From positions 4,796-68,795 of the forward strand of contig CACYHO010000004.1 of assembly GCA_902774285.1 (NCBI GenBank): a stretch of 64,000 nucleotides of DNA, written 5' to 3'. The notes under the pieces were generated by a model that searched no databases, was not told the DNA's origin, and saw only the letters and a list, made by a program, of their open reading frames with translations. Every line of letters starts with the position of its first letter. The stretch's first letter is position 1. The DNA is from an uncultured Pseudomonadota bacterium (GTDB lineage Bacteria > Pseudomonadota > Alphaproteobacteria > Rs-D84). A program made the position numbers and the translations under genes. Below, piece after piece: positions 1-7,449 of the stretch.

Positions 1-159
1 CAAGTCCTGACGAAAAACCAGGACGCTTTCATAATAAGCCATTTTATTTCCTTTGGTTTATACAGCCGACAAGCCCATCTTGCCAGCAGGAACATCCCCC
101 ATTATGAAGATTTTTTATAAAAAAGCAAGTATTTTTATACATATATTATATATATAGTG

Positions 160-189
160 TTGACATACCCGTAAAAATTTTACTAAGAT
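160..189 (+). promoter_or_regulatory. Candidate sigma70-type promoter for the MotA-like gene (TTGACA ... TAAGAT)
   Basis: TTGACA at 160-165 and TAAGAT at 184-189 with an 18-nt spacer, about 25 nt upstream of the ATG at 215. The -10 matches consensus at only 4 of 6 positions. Confidence 0.3.
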
Positions 190-214
190 TTGTATAACGA
201 GAGATAAAATACAT

Positions 215-1360
215 ATGAAACGATTTCACAGAAATCTTAATATTATGTCTATGTTCACCGCGGTTTTGCTGGTGTTTGGGCTGATTTTTTGGCGCACAAT
301 TTTCAATATCGCAATAACAAATGTCTTTTTGAACGGCGTTATTATCGGCACAACTTTGTTCGGTATTGGGCTTTGTTTTGTGAATATTTTCAAATTGGTT
401 CCTGAATATAATTGGCTGCATGCTTATTTCGCTGGTCGCGCTGATTATGGTTATACGCCGAATTTATTGCGTCCGGTGTCTATGGCACTGCACAATCGTC
501 ATATTCATATCACAACAAGCACTATGACAGAATTGTTGGATATGGTTGCTGGTCGTATCGAAGACAAACGCGATTCCGTTCGTTATATTACAAATACTTT
601 GATATTCTTGGGATTGTTGGGGACATTTTGGGGATTGATTTTGACGGTTGGCGGATTCGCAGAATTGTTAATCGGTATCGATTTCGAAGATCCAAATGTA
701 TTACAAGTTATGCAAATCGGTATGGCGGGACCATTGTCTGGTATGGCAACCGCATTCACCAGTTCCCTGCTCGGCTTGGCTGGCAGTTTGACTGTCGGGT
801 TCTTGGGATTACAGGTTCAGTTTGCACAAAACGCTGTTTATGAAGAATTGTCTGATTTTATGTCACAATATGTATTGCAAAATCCTGCGACGAATACTGG
901 CATTGTGAAAATTGCAGAAAAAGCACCGGTTAGTGCAAATACTTTTGCAAAGATTGCTGAAATTCATGATGCGTTTGTTGATGCAGATTATGTAGTTCAT
1001 GATTTAATCAGAATTGATGGAAAATATCCTGCACTTGTAGCAATTGGAAACGATGAGAAATTATTCATCGCAACACTTAATAATGATACCGATGTTTTAC
1101 AAAATGTTATGAAACGAATTCAACTTTGCTTTGCAGACACATTGGAAGGTGTAAGCATAGATGCACGGATTTTATACATATCAAACAAAGCTGCAGATTT
1201 GGGAAATCATATTTTGCGTTTTTCAACAACTGATGCGATGCGTAAATATTTGATTGCTCATAAAAACAACAAACCAACAAATAAACAAGATCGCGAAACT
1301 TTCGATGCCTATGCGCAATACATTGGCACCGCAATCGATTATCTGTTTAAGTCTAAATAA
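215..1360 (+). CDS. MotA/TolQ/ExbB-family proton-channel-like membrane protein with a ~160-aa C-terminal soluble extension
   Basis: 381-aa ORF with about four hydrophobic segments. LGLLGTFWGLILTVGGF and GMATAFTSSLLGLAGSLTVGF resemble TM3/TM4 of MotA/ExbB/TolQ channels. A MotB-like gene follows directly. Confidence 0.6.
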   Translation: MKRFHRNLNIMSMFTAVLLVFGLIFWRTIFNIAITNVFLNGVIIGTTLFGIGLCFVNIFKLVPEYNWLHAYFAGRADYGYTPNLLRPVSMALHNRHIHITTSTMTELLDMVAGRIEDKRDSVRYITNTLIFLGLLGTFWGLILTVGGFAELLIGIDFEDPNVLQVMQIGMAGPLSGMATAFTSSLLGLAGSLTVGFLGLQVQFAQNAVYEELSDFMSQYVLQNPATNTGIVKIAEKAPVSANTFAKIAEIHDAFVDADYVVHDLIRIDGKYPALVAIGNDEKLFIATLNNDTDVLQNVMKRIQLCFADTLEGVSIDARILYISNKAADLGNHILRFSTTDAMRKYLIAHKNNKPTNKQDRETFDAYAQYIGTAIDYLFKSK

Positions 1361-1388
1361 AGAAATTAAAAGAGAGAGGGAAAAAACA

Positions 1389-2489
1389 ATGTTAAACATA
1401 AGATACCGTGATAAAACAAATGCTTGGCCTGGGTTCGTAGATTTATTTTCTAACCTGGTTATCATTTTGATATTCTTGCTTATCGTGTTTGTGTTCTTGT
1501 GGACAACGACCAGCGTGTTTAACAAAAATACCGGAGCAAAGAAAGTTGCCGAATTGGAACAAGCAAAACAAGCACAGGCTGAACAAATTGAACAAATGAC
1601 TGCTGATAAACAGGAAGCAGAACAATTATTGTTGGCCGCGCGTGATGCATTGGAAAGTCAAGAAGGTCAAATCGCAAATCAGATGAACCTTGCCAATGCG
1701 TATGAAGATCAAATTGCGAATTTGACTGCGCAACAAGAGCAATTGGCAGAACAAATTGCTGCTTTGAACGAACAATTGCAATTGGCAACAAACGCCAAAG
1801 AAGAAATGGCGCGCATGGAATCTGAACGTCACGAAATACAAGATGAAATGGCAGAAAAACAATCTGAATTGAATGCGCGCATTGCCGAATTGGAAGCACA
1901 ATTAGATGCAGCGGAAAAACGTGCGGCGGAACAAGAAGCCGAATATACACAAATGTCGAATCGTTTGAACAAAGCATTGGCTGAAAAAGTTGCTGAATTA
2001 AACGCAAAAGTTGCTGAATTGAATTCTCTTGAACAATATCAATCTGAATTTTATAAACAAGTCAAAATGGCACTTGGTGATCGCACAACAATCAAACAAG
2101 ATGGCGACAGATTTATCGTATCTTCTGATATTTTGTTTGACAGTGGCTCTTATAAAATATCACCAAAAGGTAAATCTCAGTTAAAATTATTGGCGAATGT
2201 CATCAAAGATTTTGAAAACAAAATTCCATCTGATATTGATTGGATAATTCGTGTTGATGGCCATACTGATAATAAACCTGTATTGCCAGGTACATACGCT
2301 TATTCAAACAATATGCAATTGTCCCTGCTTCGTGCAACAGCAGTTGTAAACGAATTGGTCAAAGACGGCGTGTCAAAACGCAGATTGATTCCATCTGGAT
2401 TTGGGGAAATGCATCCGGCGGCTTTGGGACATGACAAAGCGACATTACAAAAGAATCGCCGTATAGAATTACAATTAACCAACAAATAA
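1389..2489 (+). CDS. MotB/OmpA-like peptidoglycan-binding protein with a long Q/E/A-rich coiled coil
   Basis: ATG at 1389 preceded by GAGAGGGAA. N-terminal WPGFVDLFSNLVIILIFLLIV resembles the MotB TM segment with its Asp. About 190 aa are heptad-like (AELEQAKQAQAEQIEQ...). The C-terminus is OmpA-like (DGHTDNKP, LSLLRATAV, NRRIELQL). The ORF-track start at 1254 overlaps the upstream gene and was rejected. Confidence 0.7.
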   Translation: MLNIRYRDKTNAWPGFVDLFSNLVIILIFLLIVFVFLWTTTSVFNKNTGAKKVAELEQAKQAQAEQIEQMTADKQEAEQLLLAARDALESQEGQIANQMNLANAYEDQIANLTAQQEQLAEQIAALNEQLQLATNAKEEMARMESERHEIQDEMAEKQSELNARIAELEAQLDAAEKRAAEQEAEYTQMSNRLNKALAEKVAELNAKVAELNSLEQYQSEFYKQVKMALGDRTTIKQDGDRFIVSSDILFDSGSYKISPKGKSQLKLLANVIKDFENKIPSDIDWIIRVDGHTDNKPVLPGTYAYSNNMQLSLLRATAVVNELVKDGVSKRRLIPSGFGEMHPAALGHDKATLQKNRRIELQLTNK

Positions 2490-2491
2490 CA

Positions 2492-2516
2492 AACGCCCGT
2501 TTGGGCGTTTTTTTTT
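2492..2516. terminator. Bidirectional rho-independent terminator hairpin
   Basis: ACGCCC-gttt-GGGCGT stem-loop flanked by an A-run and a T-run, between convergent genes. Confidence 0.7.
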
Positions 2517-3339
2517 ATCGTGTCAAAGTTTTCAAATTTAAATCGCGAATTAACTGCCCTGCTTCGTCAAAATGACGCCCAATATTTTTTGTTTCGTGTG
2601 CATCGTCACTTATTATCACCGGCACATTGTTTTCCGCAGCCATTTTCAAAATTCTATTCGAAGGATAAGGTTCATAACAAAACGAACGATAAAACGAAGT
2701 ATTTATTTCAATACCAATCTTTGATTTTGCTGCGGCTTCTATGGCCCGTTGTTCAAATTCGACCCATTGTTCTTCAACACCAAGTCCAACTTTCTTTGGC
2801 AAATCAAGATGCGCCATCCACGTGAACAACCCAGAAGCGGCAGCCCGCGCAATATTTTCCCAATATTTTTGAATTAAGATTTTTTGTGTTTGTTCGTCTG
2901 CGTTTTTCCAATCATGCGAATTAAGTAATGTTCCATTATAAGAAACAAAATGCGCCGAACCAATTATATAATCAGGTTGTAAAATATTTATCGCCATTTC
3001 AAATCTTTCACGCCAACCATTGTAATCGAAAAAGTCTGCTTCCATTCCGCGCAAAATTTTCATATCAGGATTTTGTTCCCTTAACATTTCAATTTCATGA
3101 TAGTGCGGAACAAAACGCAACAACGCTTCATCAAACGAAGAAGAATAAATATTACTGTATCCACCATGCACAGAAAATGGGTACATTTTTGTATATTTAA
3201 TTATTGGATTAACAATAAAATGATTAGAAACACCAATCGTCTTGAAACCCAAATCGCGCGCACGATTAACCATTGATTGAACAGAATCGCGTCCATCAAA
3301 TCCAACAGTATGCGTATGAAGAGTATAATCTTGAATCAT
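2515..3339 (-). CDS. PHP-domain phosphoesterase (histidinol-phosphatase-like family)
   Basis: The start MIQDYTLHTHT carries an HxH motif. Later His/Asp strings (SNHF, GSAHF, AHLD, SDDAH) fit the PHP fold. The ORF-track start at 3483 overlaps tRNA-Pro, so the ATG at 3339 was chosen. Confidence 0.65.
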   Translation of the reverse strand: MIQDYTLHTHTVGFDGRDSVQSMVNRARDLGFKTIGVSNHFIVNPIIKYTKMYPFSVHGGYSNIYSSSFDEALLRFVPHYHEIEMLREQNPDMKILRGMEADFFDYNGWRERFEMAINILQPDYIIGSAHFVSYNGTLLNSHDWKNADEQTQKILIQKYWENIARAAASGLFTWMAHLDLPKKVGLGVEEQWVEFEQRAIEAAAKSKIGIEINTSFYRSFCYEPYPSNRILKMAAENNVPVIISDDAHETKNIGRHFDEAGQLIRDLNLKTLTR

Positions 3340-3400
3340 AGCGGCTATGATAAAACCTTTACGTGATAAATCAAGAAAATGTGATATACAAAAAATATAT

Positions 3401-3428
3401 TTGCATTTTGAAAAAATAAGTATATAAT
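3401..3428 (+). promoter_or_regulatory. Promoter of tRNA-Pro (TTGCAT-16-TATAAT)
   Basis: TTGCAT at 3401-3406 and TATAAT at 3423-3428 with a 16-nt spacer. The -10 ends 12 nt upstream of the tRNA 5' end. Confidence 0.55.
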
Positions 3429-3440
3429 AACTTTCGTTTT

Positions 3441-3517
3441 CGGGGTGTAGCTCAGTCTGGTAGAGTACTTGGTTTGGGACCAAGGTGTCGAAGGTTCGAA
3501 TCCTTTCGCCCCGACCA
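3441..3517 (+). tRNA. tRNA-Pro (anticodon UGG), CCA encoded
   Basis: Hand-folded cloverleaf. Acceptor CGGGGTG/CGCCCCG, D-arm GCTCAGTCTGGTAGAGT, anticodon stem CTTGG/CCAAG with loop TTTGGGA, T-arm GAAGG-TTCGAAT-CCTTT, 3' ACCA. Confidence 0.93.
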
Positions 3518-3532
3518 GATTAAATAAAAAAG

Positions 3533-3555
3533 ACCGCCATGTGCGGTATTTTTTA
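3533..3555 (+). terminator. Terminator hairpin after tRNA-Pro
   Basis: ACCGC-catgt-GCGGT followed by ATTTTTT. Confidence 0.6.
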
Positions 3556-3572
3556 TTTAACCTTTTTGGTTC

Positions 3573-3715
3573 GTCGGGACGAAAGGATGCGCCAGAGCGC
3601 AGCGCATGGCGTATACGAAGACGAACAATTAACAACCATTCAAAAACGGATATGTTTAATAGAGTTTTTGTTTATGGTTGGTTTATTGTTTGTCGAGGAG
3701 GAATCGCCCCGACCA
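3573..3715. repeat. tRNA-end-bracketed element, copy 1 (113-bp conserved core at 3585-3697)
   Basis: The core has 3 mismatches to 31364-31476. The left flank 3573-3587 is the reverse complement of the tRNA-Pro 3' end 3501-3515 (14/15). The right flank 3705-3715 is a direct copy of tRNA-Pro 3507-3517 (11/11). Confidence 0.85.
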
Positions 3716-3759
3716 CGAAATTCAAACCACCACTTTTGTGGTGGTTTTAATTTTGTGTT

Positions 3760-3966
3760 GGGCGAAAAGGATTTTTAGAACATTCGGGAAGAAGGTTCGA
3801 CCCGCCGGCGAAAGGCAGACGGAAGTATGCCGGTGAGCATAGCGAATGAGCCAAGGGAGTGAAGCGAAGCGGAACAATCCTTTCGCCCTACTTTTTTATT
3901 ATTGTGTATCGAGGCAGGAATCGACCCGACCACGAAATTCAAAACCGCCACTAAGGGCGGTTTTTT
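3760..3966. repeat. Variant or degenerate second unit carrying further tRNA-Pro 3'-end fragments
   Basis: 3760-3772 is roughly an inverted copy of ATCCTTTCGCCC. 3876-3888 is a direct 13/13 copy of tRNA-Pro 3499-3511. 3906-3966 repeats the right end of copy 1 (GTCGAGGnGGAATCGnCCCGACCACGAAATTCAAA plus a terminator hairpin with compensatory stem changes). Confidence 0.7.
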
Positions 3967-3989
3967 GTTTGTATTCCTATATCTTCGCT

Positions 3990-4043
3990 GAGTTCGAGAG
4001 TTATGTTTTTCAAAAATGCTATTTTTAGCCTATTTGCGAACTT
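3990..4043. repeat. Hairpin module A (GAGTTCGAGAG ... GCGAACTT)
   Basis: About 54-bp unit, similar to 4490-4542 and 31550-31602. AGTTCG/CGAACT arms surround a T-rich loop of about 35 nt. Confidence 0.7.
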
Positions 4044-4051
4044 TTACAAAC

Positions 4052-4079
4052 TTGACAAATGCAGATAGTGTCCTATAAT
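4052..4079 (+). promoter_or_regulatory. Near-consensus sigma70 promoter (TTGACA-16-TATAAT)
   Basis: TTGACA at 4052-4057 and TATAAT at 4074-4079, 24 nt upstream of the ATG at 4103. Confidence 0.65.
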
Positions 4080-4102
4080 AAGTGTACAAAAAAAGGTTCA
4101 AT

Positions 4103-4426
4103 ATGGTAAAAAACAAAATGAACAATTTATTGGTTTGTGGTAAAAGAGCTGTTTTGTTGGCAATGTTTGCTGCTATGCCTTTGTCAAATATAAACGCAGT
4201 TAACGAACAACCTTCTGATACTATAACCAAACAGACAGAAACAACGAAGAAATTGACAGAATCTGAAATCAAACGCGGAACAATTTCTGCATGTGGGGTT
4301 ATGATTTTTTTGTTCATAGGTATCGCAGTTTACTTTTATATATGGGATAAAGAAACAGGACCATACAAAAAAAATAAATCTTATAAAAATCTGACTATAG
4401 AAAGATTAAAAAAACGAATTCGTTAA
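4103..4426 (+). CDS. Small exported, membrane-anchored protein (hypothetical)
   Basis: 107 aa from the ATG at 4103. N-terminal signal-like LLVCGKRAVLLAMFAAMPLSNINA and C-terminal TM segment GVMIFLFIGIAVYFYIW. It has its own strong promoter and a downstream terminator hairpin (4441-4465). Preferred over the antisense ORF 4030-4317. Confidence 0.55.
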   Translation: MVKNKMNNLLVCGKRAVLLAMFAAMPLSNINAVNEQPSDTITKQTETTKKLTESEIKRGTISACGVMIFLFIGIAVYFYIWDKETGPYKKNKSYKNLTIERLKKRIR

Positions 4427-4489
4427 AGGTCGTTAAACCAAAACCGCCACATCAGGCGGTTTTTCTTTTGTTTTCTAATACTTACACCA

Positions 4490-4542
4490 AGTTCGAGAGT
4501 TGTGTTTTTGGAAAGTGCTGTTTTTAGCCCATTTTCGAACTC
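4490..4542. repeat. Hairpin module B
   Basis: AGTTCGAGAGTTGTGTTTTTGGAAAGTGCTGTTTTTAGCCCATTTTCGAACTC, closely similar to module A. Confidence 0.7.
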
Positions 4543-5316
4543 TTACAAACACTCTTCCATAGAATAAGTTTTTCTGCCTACATATATTGTATTATTTTGC
4601 ACCTTTAAAAACACAGGTTCGTATTCAAATTCGCCGACATATGTTAAATCTTGTGTATTTTCTGTACTTTTGGTAAAAAGTATACTGCTGTCACCCATAT
4701 TAATTTCAGCAATATCTTCAAAAACCAGTATATTTTTTGCTTTAACAAATTTATTGTCTATTGTGCATCTTACATTTGAAATTTTATATAGTGCTTTATC
4801 ACATACATAAAAACCACGCACTGTTTTGATTAATTTGTATAACTTAGATTGGCAAGTATTTGGACAATTATACATACAATCTCGTTTGTTTTGATCCTCT
4901 ATATTCTTTTTTTGCATTCTTTTAGCCATTTCAGAAGAATAAGTTTTATTTTCATCAAAAACATGATTTTGATAATGTTCTACATTTGTCCAATCAGATA
5001 AAACCTTGTAATTATCTATTTCTTTAATTTTACAAAAACAATGCGGGCCTGTTTTATTACTATTTTCACTAAATTCTTCCGTATCCAAACACAAAGCATG
5101 GCCAATAACATTCTGGTCATACGATGTTTTGTTTCTTAATTTCCATTCGGTACCGTTTAGACCTTCCATCTTCTCTGTCTTAAGTGCCTCATTATACATA
5201 CTATAACCAATTTGATTGTCTTTAATCGGAACAAATTTTTCATCATCTTGGCATTCTGTAGCAAATACAACAGTACAAAAAAGCAACAATGTGAAAAATA
5301 GTAAGATTTGCTTCAT
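4543..5316 (-). CDS. Secreted cysteine-containing protein (hypothetical)
   Basis: 257 aa with signal peptide MKQILLFFTLLLFCTVVFA and multiple Cys. No motif I recognise. The stop codon abuts hairpin module B. Confidence 0.55.
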   Translation of the reverse strand: MKQILLFFTLLLFCTVVFATECQDDEKFVPIKDNQIGYSMYNEALKTEKMEGLNGTEWKLRNKTSYDQNVIGHALCLDTEEFSENSNKTGPHCFCKIKEIDNYKVLSDWTNVEHYQNHVFDENKTYSSEMAKRMQKKNIEDQNKRDCMYNCPNTCQSKLYKLIKTVRGFYVCDKALYKISNVRCTIDNKFVKAKNILVFEDIAEINMGDSSILFTKSTENTQDLTYVGEFEYEPVFLKVQNNTIYVGRKTYSMEECL

Positions 5317-5411
5317 GATAATTTCTTTTTAATCGGATGTATTATATCATACAAAAACAATATTTAATAGTTTTTTCACTTCTTTAATCTCTCTTCCAAT
5401 CGTAAAAAACC

Positions 5412-5439
5412 TTGCAGTTGGCAAAATCAAGTCTATAAT
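5412..5439 (+). promoter_or_regulatory. Candidate promoter of rfbC (TTGCAG-16-TATAAT)
   Basis: TTGCAG at 5412-5417 and TATAAT at 5434-5439. Confidence 0.5.
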
Positions 5440-5467
5440 ATTGGCAATATACAAAAGGATAAACATA

Positions 5468-6085
5468 ATGCCTATTACAAAAGTAATAACACCAACAAAA
5501 GACACTCCTGATGTCCGTATGTCCACAGATAAAATCGAAGGCCTTTTTATTATCGAATTGAAAGAATTCGGTGACGAACGCGGTTCTTTCAAAGAGACAT
5601 TTAACGAAAAAGAATTTATCGAAAAAGGCATTATTAACCCAAAGCAACCGTTTATCCAAGACAATATGTCCAGATCTGTACGTGGTGTTTTACGTGGTTT
5701 GCATATGCAAAGAAACCCTTTTAGTCAATCAAAATTAGTCAGCGTTATCGAAGGTTGCGTTTGGGATATCGCAGTAGATGTTCGCCCAGGTTCGAAAACT
5801 TACGGAAAATGGGTGGCTGTAAAATTATCACGTGAAAACAATCGTGCTTTTTATATTCCACGCGAATTTTTACATGGATTTATTGTGGTAAGCGAAACAG
5901 CGATATTTGCCTACAAATGTGACAATCCTTACCACCCTGCTTCCGAAGTCAGCGTAAGATATGATGATCCGCAAATTAACATAAATTGGGAAGAAATAAG
6001 TGGTATAATCGCGAAAGAAATCATCACATCTGAAAAAGATGCGAAAGCAATCTTATTAAAAGACTTATATCAAAAAACGAGATAA
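5468..6085 (+). CDS. rfbC: dTDP-4-dehydrorhamnose 3,5-epimerase
   Basis: EFGDERGSF, RGLHMQ and the YKCDNPY(H)P region are typical of RmlC cupins. ATG at 5468 follows AAAAGGA. Confidence 0.85.
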   Translation: MPITKVITPTKDTPDVRMSTDKIEGLFIIELKEFGDERGSFKETFNEKEFIEKGIINPKQPFIQDNMSRSVRGVLRGLHMQRNPFSQSKLVSVIEGCVWDIAVDVRPGSKTYGKWVAVKLSRENNRAFYIPREFLHGFIVVSETAIFAYKCDNPYHPASEVSVRYDDPQININWEEISGIIAKEIITSEKDAKAILLKDLYQKTR

Positions 6086-6087
6086 AA

Positions 6088-6510
6088 ATGTCAGATAATA
6101 AATCAGTTAAAGTCGGTGTCGGTGTTTGGCTTTATAATCATAATGGCCAGATTTTGCTTGGCAAAAGACTTTCAAAACACGGAACAGGAACTTGGGCACC
6201 GCCGGGGGGCAAATTAGAATATGGCGAAACGCCTGAACAATGCGCATCACGCGAACTATTTGAAGAAACTGGTGTAAAAATCCCAGCTGATAAAATCGAA
6301 ATATTTAAAACCACAAATGACTTTTTCAAAGATAGTGGCGAACATTATATCACTATCCATTGCCGTGCGTTTTATCGTGATGGAACAGCCTATCTCATAG
6401 AAGTAAAAGAACCAGACAAATGTGAAACTTGGAATTGGTTCAGCACACATAAAATGCCGTCTCCTTTGTTTTTACCTGTCGTAAACGCATTAAAGCAAAA
6501 ATCTTTGTAA
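6088..6510 (+). CDS. NUDIX hydrolase
   Basis: Nudix box GGKLEYGETPEQCASRELFEETG. Confidence 0.85.
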   Translation: MSDNKSVKVGVGVWLYNHNGQILLGKRLSKHGTGTWAPPGGKLEYGETPEQCASRELFEETGVKIPADKIEIFKTTNDFFKDSGEHYITIHCRAFYRDGTAYLIEVKEPDKCETWNWFSTHKMPSPLFLPVVNALKQKSL

Positions 6511-6555
6511 AAAATATGCTTGTATAAAAGTGCGAAAAAAACTACAATAAGTAGT

Positions 6556-7449
6556 ATGAAGAAAGGATTTTTCATTTTTATTGCAAGTGTGATGTTTGTT
6601 TCAACTGCTATGGCGGTGAATAATTATATGCCAAACAAATTTAATACTGTTAATTCGCATGATAATGTTTATCCATATGTGTTGAATAACACCAAAACAA
6701 TAACAAATGCTAAAAACATATCTGACACGACCGCGCGACGCGCCGTTATCCCGCGTTCCAAAGCTGTGCGCAATGTTACAACCACCACCACACAACCACG
6801 ACGTGTTGTTCAGCGTTCTAATACAACTGCACGTGTTGCAACAAGTGCGACACCTGTACGTAATGTGAACGCCAATCGTAATGTAAGTGCTCGTTCTGCA
6901 TCACCTGTTCGTGCAAATACAATAATAAACACAACTAATTACACAACGTCAGAAAGGCCATCGTCACAACGTTGTATGGCAGATTACAAAGAATGTATGG
7001 AAGGATACTGCAAACGTGAAGATACTGCATATAACCGTTGTTATTGCAGTGCAAAATTGGCACAAATCGATGCAAAATATCAAAATAAAATCGATGAATT
7101 GATTCAACAAATTGTTCGTCTGCAATACAGCAATTCTGCAACAAGCGACGAAATCAAAGAATATTGGGATCAAACAGTTGGTGTTTATACCGGTGATAAT
7201 CCATGGGTAAATATTGATAATGCATTAAATATTGAATGGGCTGATACACAAAGCAGAATTCGTGGTCAGAATGCCTTTAATACGGGACATCAATATTGCA
7301 CACAACATTTGCGCGCATGTTATTATATGGCGTCAAATCTGCGCGATGCATATAAATCTGAAATTGCACGCGATTGCGAAGCTTATGAAAAAAGTTTGCA
7401 AAAAATACAAGATGCAGCAGAAAGCGTAATAGAGGGTTATAATGATTAA
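6556..7449 (+). CDS. Secreted cysteine-rich protein, short member of the CxxxYxxCM family
   Basis: Signal peptide MKKGFFIFIASVMFVSTAMA, then an S/T/R/N-rich segment with repeated (A/P)VRN. Signature CMADYKECMEGYCKREDTAYNRCYCS is encoded at 6973-7049. Confidence 0.7.
   Translation: MKKGFFIFIASVMFVSTAMAVNNYMPNKFNTVNSHDNVYPYVLNNTKTITNAKNISDTTARRAVIPRSKAVRNVTTTTTQPRRVVQRSNTTARVATSATPVRNVNANRNVSARSASPVRANTIINTTNYTTSERPSSQRCMADYKECMEGYCKREDTAYNRCYCSAKLAQIDAKYQNKIDELIQQIVRLQYSNSATSDEIKEYWDQTVGVYTGDNPWVNIDNALNIEWADTQSRIRGQNAFNTGHQYCTQHLRACYYMASNLRDAYKSEIARDCEAYEKSLQKIQDAAESVIEGYND

Noticed and set aside
215-2489. Possible Zorya (ZorAB) anti-phage system.
   Set aside because: No ZorC/D/E-like genes follow; a PHP phosphatase and a tRNA come next. 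ZorA's hallmark long tail is not on the MotA-like subunit here. The pair is kept only as an unusual stator-like pair.
3345-3635. 96-aa minus-strand ORF, plus the 5' extension of the PHP phosphatase ORF to 3483.
   Set aside because: Both lie antisense to or across the tRNA-Pro gene and its promoter. The PHP gene has a proper internal start at 3339.
3539-3778. ORFs 3539-3778 and 31327-31590 both translate to MRQSA.HG.YEDEQLTTIQKRICLIEFLFMVGLLFVE, which could suggest a conserved small protein.
   Set aside because: The shared peptide is just the translation of the 113-bp repeat core. The frames have no SD and run through terminator hairpins and tRNA-end copies. They diverge completely outside the core, and the core substitutions that fall in this frame are all non-synonymous. 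A non-coding repeat explains it better.
4030-4317. 95-aa minus-strand ORF opposite the small membrane-protein gene.
   Set aside because: The plus-strand ORF has a consensus promoter, a signal peptide, a TM anchor and a terminator. The minus-strand ORF starts inside it with no signals and runs into hairpin module A.
3518-5340. Intact prophage or integrative element at tRNA-Pro, and likewise at tRNA-Gln (31314-33184).
   Set aside because: No integrase, excisionase, transposase or phage structural genes occur in either interval. Only att-like scars, short repeats and a few cargo genes are present.
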